A DNA stretch of 61,143 bases, filler included, from Squatina squatina (Eukaryota), in the NCBI GenBank assembly GCA_031763465.1. It is 4 parts of 3 records of this genome, joined end to end, with 100 filler letters (N's around TTAATTAATTAA, not from the genome) between each part and the next. Parts side by side here need not be neighbours in the genome. Positions count along the whole stretch, not along the records: positions 1 to 14,874 come from JARFOE010000115.1; 3 more parts are not named here. The stretch is one strand, 5' to 3'. A model generated the notes under the pieces. That model did no database searches. It was not told where the DNA came from and worked only from the letters and a program-made list of their open reading frames with translations. How positions within the stretch are numbered: position 1 is the first letter of the stretch; every line of letters begins with the position of its first letter. Shown piece after piece: positions 1-11,058 of this stretch. The position numbers and the translations under genes were made by a program.

Positions 1-491
1 AGGCTATAGCTGCAGGCTCTGCATTGGGACCAGTTAGCTGGTCCCCGATGTCAGCCGCGATCCGGCCCGATCAGCCCCAAGCACTCCAGCAGAGAACTGG
101 GCTGATAGATCGGGGCCGAAGAGGAAATTAAAAAATAGAAAATAATGATTTGAACAATTTTTTACACTTATCTCGGCAACCTCCCCTTTAATTCCACCCC
201 CAAAGCACCCAGCCTCCCGAACGACGCCTCCTGAGGCTGTCAGTATTGTCGCCCAGCGATGTGCAGGGGGCGGAACCGAAGTTCAGGTCTGGGGTGCTAC
301 CCGGGCGATGTGCACGGCAATGACATCATGATCCCTGCGCGCAGGAGATTGTGATGGAAAGTGTTACGCCACAGCAAACCTCATGCCCCAGTTAGTGGGA
401 GTCGTTCATCTCGGTCAGTGAGTCGTTAGAGCCCTGTTATCCCCCCGCAGAGGTGATAATGGGAGGCGCTAAGGAGGCCAATTTCTAGGCC
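1..491 (-). mobile_element. Non-autonomous PIF/Harbinger-like element, truncated by the window edge
   Basis: Reverse complement of the right end (GGCCTAGAAATTGGCCTCCTTAGCGCCTCCC) resembles the termini of the elements at 4454, ~10002 and 35575; GC/CpG-rich in an AT-rich background. Confidence 0.6.
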
Positions 492-1894
492 TAAGAGTTT
501 GTGCTGTTGCATGACGACTATTCGGGAACTTTCATGATTTTGCCTTTTTTCACAGCGATCTCACAGGTAACCAGAATCTACAGAAATTGCACGATGATGT
601 TTTCATGGGAGCAACAGGTCCAACTTTTCTGTAAGTGAAATGCCATTACAACATACATAAGCCTGTGAGGAGGGGGAGAATGATGGACATTGGCAGAACT
701 GACTCGCCTCGTCCAACAACATTTTCGAGTATAAAAATATAAAGAGTGAAGTCAGTTTTGATAGAATATTGGCAGATAATAGATTGATTGGAGTGAAACT
801 TAACCTGGTGTTTTTTGTTGAATATTTGTTCAATAATTCCATGATTGAACTTTCCCCTCCCTCTCAGAAAAGAAATAACATTTTCCTGCTTAAATTTCCT
901 TACCGAGCTTAGTTCCGTTCATCTTGAATTGACTCAATCCTATCAGTGTGAAGCAGTCCTCTCAATAATTGCTCTGAGCTACTTTCCGATCCAGAATTTA
1001 ACTCTCTGACCCCTCCCCCATACTTTCCCTTTATCTCTAAAGTTTTAAATTCATTTGATGCTTTTTTTTTTTGTTTATCCATGTTTCTTATTTCCTTCTT
1101 TTACTTTAGATCCTAATGTGCTGTGAATTATTTCCACAAAGGATGATCAAATATTCTTTATCCATCTTTATCCATCATTGTTCAACCAGCCAATAGATGG
1201 AACACTCTAGCCTTACACTTTGACTTGGCTTCCAATGTTCTCTCCCTCTTTGTGGAAAGTTCCTCACCTCCACTAAGCATTTGTTTAAACAGAATCATCT
1301 TGTGGCAATTTGTGAGCATTATTCCACACCCTGCCACTTCTTGGTTTCACCCATTAGTGCACCATTTAGTACATCAGTAGGCTGCCTATGTATTAAGAAC
1401 TTAATTTACCAATCTGGCTTTGTCTGACTGTATAGGCTGTACTTACTAATTACTTAATCGATATTTTATATCTTCTCGCAGTATTGGCAATGATGCATTA
1501 CATTTTACAGCACTTCAGTTAAGTCAGTTATACTAAAGTGACACCGAAAACCTAAATGAAATGGAAAATGCATCACTTATGGGAACAAAACCTGTTTACT
1601 TCCTTAATGTTTCTGAAATTCTGTGGTTATGCCAATCACGCATTCCACTGCAATCTGATTCATTCTTGTATTATTATGTGGCACTTTGTGGAACATCTTG
1701 TGTTATTAGATTATCTCTATGGAAATGATTCATCAAATTAGCAGCATACAGCATGTTTGTAAGAGAAATTAAGAGTAGGTTGGTCGAATCTGCAGCAGGT
1801 TTGGAGGGTTGGGTGGAAGATGACATATGGGTGGATATAACAGATTTGAGGGTTTATGTGCCACCAGTGCCGAATTCAAAATTTGGGATGATAC

Positions 1895-2030
1895 CATAAG
1901 AAGTAGCAACAGGAGTAGGCCCCTCGAGCCTGCTCCGCTATTCAATGAGATCTTGGCTGATCCGACATTCCTCAAGTCCACTTTCCTGCCCTTTCCCCAT
2001 AACCCTTGATTCCCTTACTGATTAAAAATC
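1895..2030 (-). mobile_element. CR1-type LINE 3' end fragment
   Basis: CATAAGAAGTAGCAACAGGAGTAGGC...CTCGAGCCTGCTCCGCTATTCAATGAGATC, related to the CR1 3' ends at 7570 and 33020. Confidence 0.65.
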
Positions 2031-2289
2031 NNNNNNNNNNNNNNNNNNNNNNNNNNNNNNNNNNNNNNNNNNNNNNNNNNNNNNNNNNNNNNNNNNNNNN
2101 NNNNNNNNNNNNNNNNNNNNNNNNNNNNNNCCGAAAATTTTCAAAGAGTCCCATTTCCAGCCCTAAATTCAGCACTTAGCGCTAGAAACTTTAAAAACCC
2201 GAACTGGCCGCCCCAGATGTCTTATGTTATCAGCAATGTGATATACACCAAGAGTAATATACAAATCAACACTCTTACTCTTTTAACAG

Positions 2290-2484
2290 GGATATTTCCA
2301 GAACTGGTATCACTGCGCTTCCAATTCATGGCTTGAAATCCATTAAGAAACTCATAGCTCGGTCTACCAACAACTTGAAAAGATTACCACCTCTGGATAA
2401 CTTTGTAGAGCTAAGAGAGGCCAGTATGACATATCCAAGCCACTGCTGTGCCTTTGAAAATGAAAACACTAAGAGAAAAAAGGA
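2290..2484 (+). CDS. FSHR: Glycoprotein hormone receptor internal exon (last LRRs and hinge start; exon-9 equivalent), most like FSHR
   Basis: ttttaacAG acceptor, GTgagt donor; translates [64 protein letters not shown] with the YPSHCCAF family motif; DISRT and ARST favour FSHR over LHCGR/TSHR. Confidence 0.82.
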
Positions 2485-2564
2485 GTGAGTATTGTTTATT
2501 CTTTTACGCATGTAGAGTTAATGTAAACACTGGAAAGGGAGGGCAGGCTCTGAGAGATTGTAAA

Positions 2565-2715
2565 TAAAAACACAAGATGCTGGAAGTGTTCAGCAGATCA
2601 GTCAGCAACTATCAAGAGAAAAGACAGGTTCTGACATTCCAGGAATGTGGCCTTTATCAGAACGGATATGTGTATCTCCAGCAATTTTTTAAATTTCAGC
2701 TATCCAGCATTTGTA
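2565..2715. repeat. Decayed quasi-palindromic Penelope-like terminal repeat fragment
   Basis: ATGCTGGAAGTGTTCAGCAGATCAG...TCCAGCA; similar to 25533-25690, 44065-44215 and 48675-48744. Confidence 0.45.
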
Positions 2716-4453
2716 ATTCCTTCATTTTTATTAGCCTGAGAGACTGTAGTGCCTCAATTTAATTAGGCCTTGAATTATTTCGGAAGGCATTCCTTAAGAG
2801 TGCTTGTATACAGAAAATGAACGTGGGAACAGGAACAATAAAAAATTGAAGATGACGATTCAATCTTCAGATCAATAGATTTTTCAAAGATGACATGTTA
2901 TTTCCTAGAAAATACAATCTAGGTATTTTAAAGCAAGGTTTTTAAAAATCTTATCACCCTCCCCTTTGGAGTGTACCATGCGCTCCACTATCACCAGTCA
3001 AGGTGACCAGAGACCAGAGACTAACTCTCAGGCTTNNNNNNNNNNNNNNNNNNNNNNNNNNNNNNNNNNNNNNNNNNNNNNNNNNNNNNNNNNNNNNNNN
3101 NNNNNNNNNNNNNNNNNNNNNNNNNNNNNNNNNNNGAGCTTCTGGTAGCCAATAATCGGCAACAGTGTGAAGCTCATAACCTCAATTCTCAAGAGTCCCA
3201 TCAAACGCTTACAGGAATCTATACTGTTAACTGACAGTGCAGAGACTTTCCTAAAGTGAATTTGGATTATTAACCATCAAAGAACACTAGCGGATCGCTG
3301 GCATCTTCTTGTTAAAATACCAAGAATGTATTATCTATTATTAAAAGTATCCGGAACCCGAGCCTCAGGTTAGTTAATTCTGATACATCCTCGCACCTGA
3401 GCAGTCACCACTAATTTGTGGCTAATCTTACGGGGAATGAATCAGTGGTTGTACAAAATGGGATTAGCATGGCCTAATTGAAGGCTACAGATTGCCTTGA
3501 GGTTCTTATATGATTCAAGTAATCATCAGAGACCCGTTTTGTGCAACAAGTTATTAATATCCTATTATAAATGCACTTGAGGTACTTGTCAATTTAAGAC
3601 CTGCTTTAAGTTTACCAGATTTTATTGTTATTTATACAGTTTTAATGTAAAATAGAAATGTTATTGTACTCTGGATTTCTTGTTAGAGAAAATTCGCTCC
3701 TGAATGTAAACTACACCATATGTTTCTCAGAACTTGAAAGTTAAAAACCCTAGCAATAGCAAAATCTGTTGCAATGGCCTCATTTAAAAAATATCCTGTC
3801 AATAGTGAATACTTAATGTTGAGCCAACACCAAATTAATGATTCATATTTTAATTTGAAGTCGATAATCATCTGTTTAATCAGAATGGTGGTCAATGTCA
3901 TGTTTCATTGTTTTATTCATTTTAAGCCTCAGTATGAGGCTGTTTCTACAATTAATACATTAGAGGTGTTACAATTGGCTTTTGGGCACTGGGTAAGAGA
4001 GGGGAAATCAGCAAGGATTCTAGCTCCTGATTCCAATCCAGTAATCTCTAGATGGCAAGATTGCAATCAGGAGTAATCTGGGTGAGGGCAGGATTGGTTT
4101 AGTTCCAATGGCCCATAAAGTCAAATAATCTTCAGGAGCGAAAAGGGGAAAAGTGGAGGAGGAATAAAAAGTGTTATCAACATTTTTAAAAATTATTGCT
4201 TAAAGTTTGCTTTACATGTGTTCACCATTTATGCAGGATTGTTAACTCTTGAAAGGATCTTATTTAATTACCCAAGAGTGGAGTTTGTACCCATTGATTA
4301 AGATTTTTGATTGTGTCTATCGATATCTGTGGTGATAATAAAGAATTGTAATGTCTTTGAGCAATATCAGTGTAGTATATTATGTGCAGTCAGATTTTCA
4401 GCAGCTTCACATGTGGATTTACAGAAGAGCTCAGTGGGCATGGGGAAATTGTT

Positions 4454-5183
4454 GGGGGGAGAAATTCGACTGCTTAGTGCCTCCCGTTAGTGCCTGGGGC
4501 AGGCACTAACGGGGGGCGCTCAGGCAGTAGCGCCGCGGCGGGGTGAATTCCTGCCCGCCTCAGAGTGCCGGTGATAACAGTTAGCACTTCGCCACCTTTT
4601 GCCATGCAGATCGTGACGTCCAATGCTCGCTGGGCGCCCGATCTACAAACTTCAGGAGTACCCCTGCCTTACCGCCTCATGCTGTTAGCGACAGACAGCG
4701 GACGGGTGAACGAGACGGCTGGTGGTTGGTGGGGCACTGCTTAAAGGGATGCAGCCCAGTACTTCCATTCCAAAGGTCATTTATGTGTGCCAGAGAGCGC
4801 ATGATGTATCTGCAGCCAGATAAATGCTGCTTAGTCCCCAGAGTGTTGCGGGCCGTCAAAGGCCTTTGCATTTCATCCCACAGCATATTGCCGTTCTGCA
4901 CTCCCCGAATCATTGGAGGCTGGTGTGCAGGCACCAGTGACCCTCCCCTTTAAGGGCTGGAAGATGCCTTTGCCAATGCTCACTCCCGATTACACAACAC
5001 CACATATTTGTTATCGATTGGAGCCTAATAACACTCACCTATGCCATTAGCGCCTGATTTAGTGCTCCCCTGCATTCTTTGAGCACTGAGACTGAATTTA
5101 GAAGGCAGCGAGATTGATTAGCGCCTGGCGCTAAACTTCCAACTTCTCAAAGGTTATCGCCCCAATGCCGAAAATCTAGCCCC
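4454..5183 (+). mobile_element. Harbinger-like MITE, about 730 bp
   Basis: Imperfect TIRs GGGGGGAGAAATTCG and revcomp GGGGCTAGATTTTCG; many TTAG(C/T)GCC motifs; same family as 34940-35575; no clean TSD. Confidence 0.65.
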
Positions 5184-5230
5184 AAAAGCCTACAGGTGAG
5201 TTGTCCCAGTGACTATTTGATTAGGTTTCT

Positions 5231-5371
5231 GGGGTAGGAATTCACCTTGGGCAATACAGGCCCGTTCACACAGGCCATTGAAGTCAGTGGAACCAAATAT
5301 CGGGGCATTTAACAGGCGATCAGTGTGATACTGCCCGCTTTACACAACTGCCCAAAGTGAACTTTTACACC
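5231..5371. mobile_element. Short palindromic MITE, decayed copy
   Basis: Termini GGGGTAGGAATTCAC and GTGAACTTTTACACC, centre CCATTGAAGTCAGTGG; right arm similar to 42566-42742. Confidence 0.5.
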
Positions 5372-5789
5372 ATCGTATTATTTCCAGCTTCCTTTTCCTC
5401 CATCATCTGTTTTGACATGCATCTTTCAGTAGCTATGAATTCTTTGCCTTTTTAAATTAAACTTATATTTGTCCCTCCCATTATTCTCACCATCTCTTCG
5501 AAAGGTGCCAACACTTGTGGGGTGCAAGCATCACAAGTTTCCTTTGCCCCATGCAGACTTTCTGGAAAGACCAGAAACTATTAATTTGTCCCCGCTGTCT
5601 TTATTAAAGCAAAAACTAGCCCGCTGCCTTTGAAAGGCTGATAGTGCGTTGAATTTCTTATTCTCCCCCGCACCCCCCTCCCACCCTGACCTCTTCCATT
5701 TGGCGAGTTCCCACCATCGGGTACAAAAGACGCTGGGAGCTCACTGTGAATACTAAATGGGGCCATAAATAAAAGATAGTCTCTAATCA

Positions 5790-6058
5790 ACCCAATAAGG
5801 AATTCAGGAGAAACGTCTTTACCCAGAGAGTGGTGAGAATGCGGAACTCGCTCCCACAGGGAGTGGTTGAAGCAAATAGTATAGATACATTTAAGGGGAG
5901 GCTAGACAAGCATATGAGGGAGAAGGGAATAGAGGGTTATGCTGATAGATTTAGATGAAGAGAGATGAGAGGAGGCTCAAGTGGATCATAAACCGCGGCA
6001 TGGATTTGTTGGGCCGAATGGCCTGTTTCTGTGCTGTATATCCTATGTAATACTATGC
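5790..6058 (+). mobile_element. CR1-type LINE 3' end
   Basis: Encodes the RT C-terminal remnant FRRNVFTQRVVRMRNSLPQGVVEANSIDTFKGRLDKHM, then GGCCGAATGGCCTGTTTCTGTGCTGTA and a short tail. Confidence 0.8.
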
Positions 6059-6068
6059 AAAAACTACA

Positions 6069-6856
6069 GGAGTAATTTTCCCCAGATACTTTAGTTGCGA
6101 AAGAGCCTTCGAAGTGGCCAAGATGGGGCTTTAAGCTGGAACGTCAGTTTAGCCTGTGTTTAGCTCAAGACGCCATATTGGCGAAGGAGTTGTAGCTTGT
6201 GCTAGGAACGATCGCCAGGAGGATCGTTAAGGGGCTGATTGCCTGCTAACACTTATTAACAAGGTTGCACGGCATTTTGGCAAGTAACGCTTGACCTAAT
6301 GCCCTCTCCTAACAGCGACCAGCTGAATGGGAGTAAACAAGTTGTTGCAGAAGATTCCGAGGGTTGCTTAAAGGTATATCATCTTTTACTGTTCTCTTGC
6401 TGCTGAAGGTTTGAAGAGGGGTTTTGAAATACATGGGGGTCTAGCCAAGTCTTCACCAACACTCTATCAACATTTATTCTGGAAATTCTCTGAGGATTTC
6501 ACCTACAAAGAGTAAGGGCTGTGCTACACCACCTTACTGGACACCTTAAGGAGCCACCAAGAGAAAGGGGGTGCTTGGTCATGGGCATCTGTTCGGGTAC
6601 CCCTTGGTCTACAGGAGAAATGGGAGGAGGATATGAGGCCAGGCAGAACAGCACCAGCTGCTGCAGGAAAGAGGGATAGGAGGGCGAGGAGGGCGAGGAG
6701 GGCGAGGAGGGCGAGGAGGGCAAGGTGGCATCCTTCCCCACACCAGGACATTCCACTTTCTCTGGACCTCTTCCACCAGGACCTCCAGTGCTGCGTCTGA
6801 GAGCCTTTCACTCGGTCCGATCCATCCTGAAACGTGCCGCTGTGTCATTCAGTGGA
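6069..6856 (+). mobile_element. Internally deleted Harbinger element: transposase-like 5' region (+) abutting the start of a Myb-like ORF (-)
   Basis: Terminus GGAGTAATTTTCCC; Arg-rich plus-strand segment; minus-strand ORF from 6848 reads ERLSDAALEVLVEEVQRKWNVL, similar to ALEALVQDVNSRRDIL at 51777. Confidence 0.55.
6678..6725 (+). repeat. Tandem 9-bp repeat (AGGAGGGCG), about 5 copies
   Basis: Directly visible. Confidence 0.9.
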
Positions 6857-7074
6857 NNNNNNNNNNNNNNNNNNNNNNNNNNNNNNNNNNNNNNNNNNNN
6901 NNNNNNNNNNNNNNNNNNNNNNNNNNNNNNNNNNNNNNNNNNNNNNNNNNNNNNNNGGACAGGGATTGGAATAGAATTCCTCTTTGGTCTCGTCCGTTGC
7001 TTCTAGGGTTGGGGGCGTACACACTGATGACCGTGGTGTACTGGTTCCAGGTTAGAGTGAATCAAAGGCTCATG

Positions 7075-7375
7075 AGGCGTTCGTTTATCCCACATGGGGA
7101 CTCGCAAAGACGCCTGACTAGTTCATTTTTTATGGTGAAGCCAACCCCATAGAGATAGCATTCTTCCTCTGGTTTTCCTTTCCAGAAGAAGGTGTATCTG
7201 CCGCCTTGTTCCTTGAGCTGGTCTTCTCCTGCCCGCCGTGTCTCACTCAGGGCAGAGATGTCGATGTCGTAGCATCTGAGTTACCGGGCTATAATAGTGG
7301 TGCGACATTCAGGTCTGTCGCTGTTGAGGTTATCCTGAGGGTCCTGATGTTCCGAACTTCATTTTGAAGGGGTGG
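7075..7375 (-). mobile_element. RTE-clade LINE, degenerate N-terminus of the APE endonuclease
   Basis: Minus translation NSDRPECRTTIIAR*LRCYDIDISALSETRRAGEDQLKEQGGRYTFFWKGKPEEECYLYGVGFTIK, with the ALSETR and GVGF motifs. Confidence 0.75.
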
Positions 7376-7568
7376 AAGATGCCTGTGCGTGAGTTCTTTT
7401 AATGTGGGGTGGTTGGTGAACACCAGCTACCACATGGTCTTGGCGGAGCAAGGTCTTGGCCCAATGGCNNNNNNNNNNNNNNNNNNNNNNNNNNNNNNNN
7501 NNNNNNNNNNNNNNNNNNNNNNNNNNNNNNNNNNNNNNNNNNNNNNNNNNNNNNNNNNNNNNNNNNNN

Positions 7569-7645
7569 ATGATCGTGTTGAATGGTGGTGCAGGCTCGAA
7601 GGGCCGAATGGCCTACTCCTGCACCTATTTTCTATGTTTCTATGT
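7569..7645 (+). mobile_element. CR1 LINE extreme 3' end with TTCTATGT tail
   Basis: Near-identical in reverse orientation to 33020-33087. Confidence 0.75.
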
Positions 7646-10001
7646 GATGTTCGATCTTCCTTCCAAAAAATCGTAATGATGTCCTACGATTGAATTCGGC
7701 TGGACTTCCGTGTCCCCGATCTTACCAGGCACTTCACCTGTTCTCAGCCTCCCTCGCACCCTCCCCACCTCCCCATCATTATTCTGGCCCATATCTAGTC
7801 AATTATTACTGAAGAAGTGAAACTGCCATCACCATTAATATTCCAATGCATGTGTATTGGTGCTCATAATACTTGCACTGTCTCTTATTCCTCTTTATAC
7901 CCTATCGAAACTTCAGCCCAATGCCCTCCTCGGCAAGAACGTATTAGTCCAATTTAAAATTAATACATATGATTTTCTGTTTTTAGCCAACCAGGACAAA
8001 GAAAATCTAATTTTCCTTTCAAAAAATGACTGAAAGGACATAAAAGTATCCATGATTTACATTCTATCCAAGAACCTAAAAAGAAATGCAATTCCACCCA
8101 CCTTAACTTTTATTTTTGTACTTATATGAAAGCAACAGTTCACACAATTGACATGATATCATTATTTTCCTTGGCTACATCCATACTTGTGTTTTTCCTA
8201 TGTTTGAAAGATGGGTTGCATATAAGAGTTTTCATTATGAGCTGAATAGTTTGTCATGCCAATATTCATTCATTATTAAAGATGGCATTTGGCAACATTC
8301 CCACTGCAACTTTTGATCCCAAGGGGGTAACAATTGGCTTCATTATCTCAGCTGTGCAGTGTGATTATGGGCTGTGGCGAGTGACTTGACAGTTATTGAG
8401 TATAGAGAATGAGTTCAACTTTGACACAATTTTAATGAAAACATTGCAAATGAGGCATTCTAACACTTAAGGAATATTTCTCTATAAATGAGTTGTCAAA
8501 CACTAAAAATCAGATTGTCTCAGTTATTGTGATTTCAGCAGTGCTCCTCTCACTGTGGCAATGGCTACATTTGTAACAGAGGCCAAACAAAGACCATCCA
8601 GCATCTCAGCTAACATCACCAAATCAGTGACTAAGTGTACGGGTGGAGGATCGCGGAACACAAAACGAATTCAAGATTATAGCCTAAACTGTCCCAGTAC
8701 GTCCTGGGAAAATGAATGTGCATAATCCAGCAAAAGACTTGTTTTGCAGTGGATGTGGCAGAATATAGGCAAAGGGGTAGGATGAAAGATGCATACTCAA
8801 GCAAGCAATACAACAAGAGTAAGAACCTGAGTTCACATAGCGGCTTTAATAGGGAAAAACATCCCATGGTACAAAATGGATGGCGAGCTAAAGAAGACAA
8901 TATTAAGCAAGGTGACCAAAAGCTTGGTTAATAGTTATATATATAGCAAACAGAGGCACATGGAGTGGGTGAGTGACTATAAATGGGATAGATAAAGACA
9001 GGGCTTGTCATGAAAGNNNNNNNNNNNNNNNNNNNNNNNNNNNNNNNNNNNNNNNNNNNNNNNNNNNNNNNNNNNNNNNNNNNNNNNNNNNNNNNNNNNN
9101 NNNNNNNNNNNNNNNNTGTTAAAACAAGTGGGCATGGCAGCAATGAATTGCTCTTTTCCTATTATTTTAGGAAGCTGCAGTAGCTGATTCAATTTGCAAC
9201 ATGAGCGCTGCTTTGCTTCACTGATTTTGTCATTTTTCCAGCTCTAGGCCACATGTACAGTATTTGGAGAAGCCTGGGAGTTGGTTACCTTCACGTCATC
9301 CCGGCTGAGTGTGTAGATATGTAAAGAAGGGGACAAACACACCCTGAAGGGAGTTGGGTTGTGAGAGATAATAGGTAGGATTTTCCTCAGCTGTAATGTT
9401 GAATTTTCAGGCCCCAAAGATGTGATCGGATGTGGAAAGTGGGGGAAGTTCTGCCCTGCTGGAAATGGGCCAAGTTTAAGTCGCTATGCATCTTATTGTG
9501 GGGCTGGGCCAACAGTTGTAGAAGTGCCCACCTCAGATGAGAGGGCACTTCATTCTAATGAAAGTGTATTGGGCCTGCATGTCAAGTTCCCTGTGCCCGA
9601 ATTTCTACCCCCATATATGGTCTAAAATTTCAGGGCACACGAGTTGCCAGTGGAAGTGGGGGAGAATGAGACTCCCGGCTACCCTTGGCCAGGGATGTAG
9701 ACCCCATCACCAGTCGCAGGGATGTGGTCATTACTAGAATCGGGGCATGTGGCCCATGCGAAAAAGGTCACATCAAGCCTGTGCCTTGCTGTTCAAATGG
9801 AGGAGACTGAGACCCAGGGAAGGCCATCAATAAAATTTTGTTGAAGTATTAAAAATGTTTCTAAAGAAGCAGAATGTCAGTTTTTGAAAGCTATTGATCN
9901 NNNNNNNNNNNNNNNNNNNNNNNNNNNNNNNNNNNNNNNNNNNNNNNNNNNNNNNNNNNNNNNNNNNNNNNNNNNNNNNNNNNNNNNNNNNNNNNNNNNT
10001 A

Positions 10002-10512
10002 TCGGGGCAAATTTGGGCTGTTTGCGCCTTCCGTTAGCGCCCCCCGGCAGGCCACAAATTACTTTCCCCCAGATGCAGCGCAGCTACCGGCTCCTGCATA
10101 AATTAAAGGAGAGGTGCGGCAGTGAAAAATAAAAAATGGCCGACTTACCGGTTGCGGCTTTTTTGATTGCAGATCACGGGGTCCGTGCTGAGGTCTTGCA
10201 ACCCGGCACTCCGCTTGTGGTCTGGTGGTCCACATCCCTGGTGGTCCAGCAATGACCCCTTCTACCTCCCACAGAATCAGCAGCTTGGCCCTCCCCTTTA
10301 ATGAAAGGGGAGGGCACTGTTTTCCCACCAGCACTATGCCGCTCACCGCATAGCACTGGAAAATTCACATCGTTTTGCGCTGTGGTCCCGTCCCCGAGAG
10401 GAAGTGAAATCCAAGATTATGTGCGCCACTTGCTCTCTGGGGTGGTAAGCCCAATATAGCTGGCACAGGGACTCCCACCTCCCGGCTGTTACTGCCCCTG
10501 AATTTTCAGCTG
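10002..10512 (+). mobile_element. Harbinger-like MITE
   Basis: Left end GGGGCAAATTTGGGCTGTTTGCGCCTTCCGTTAGCGCC resembles the 4454 end; contains a perfect 12-bp inverted repeat at 10288-10315. Confidence 0.55.
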
Positions 10513-10875
10513 TACTTATTTTTCTTTAATGCTTTTTGAATGTAATAGTTTTAATGATGTTCACACATATGCTATTTATACTGTAATCTTGGCTGTGCTT
10601 ACAATCAGGGCAATTAATTACCAGGGGTTAAGAAACATGGTTTTGTCAAGGCTTACTAACATGTTCAAATTGAAGAACATTCTTTTGCCAACCAATGGGA
10701 TTTGTATACAGTGTTGCACTGCAAACAGTCAAATTTGTGTTGAGGCTAAAATAAAGGAGTCAGAACATGGGAAAACATGCATACAGCAGGGATGTTAATG
10801 TATCAGAGTTGCTTACCAAAAAGCAATATATAATGAAAAAATATACTAGAAGTTACAATTACCTACAATTTCTAG

Positions 10876-11058
10876 GTGGAGCATGATTCATGCCTACCCA
10901 ATGAGAAATGGCTGGCTTCTTGGGTTTTCAGGGACAGCAAAAGTTGCATTACGAGAGCAAGCTTTCACTGCCAGGAACGCCACTCATTAGGAGCCCACCA
11001 TTGCAGAGACAGACACTTTCATGATGCTGTGGGATTTAAAGACTTTAAGGAGGAATGA
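10876..11058 (+). other. Candidate unidentified terminal coding exon
   Basis: caattttctAG acceptor then an open frame VEHDSCLPNEKW...FKDFKEE*; no homology recognised. Confidence 0.2.

Noticed and set aside
8630-9016. Possible LTR (TG start, TATAAA)
   Set aside because: No partner LTR, primer-binding site or retroviral coding remnant; cut by a gap
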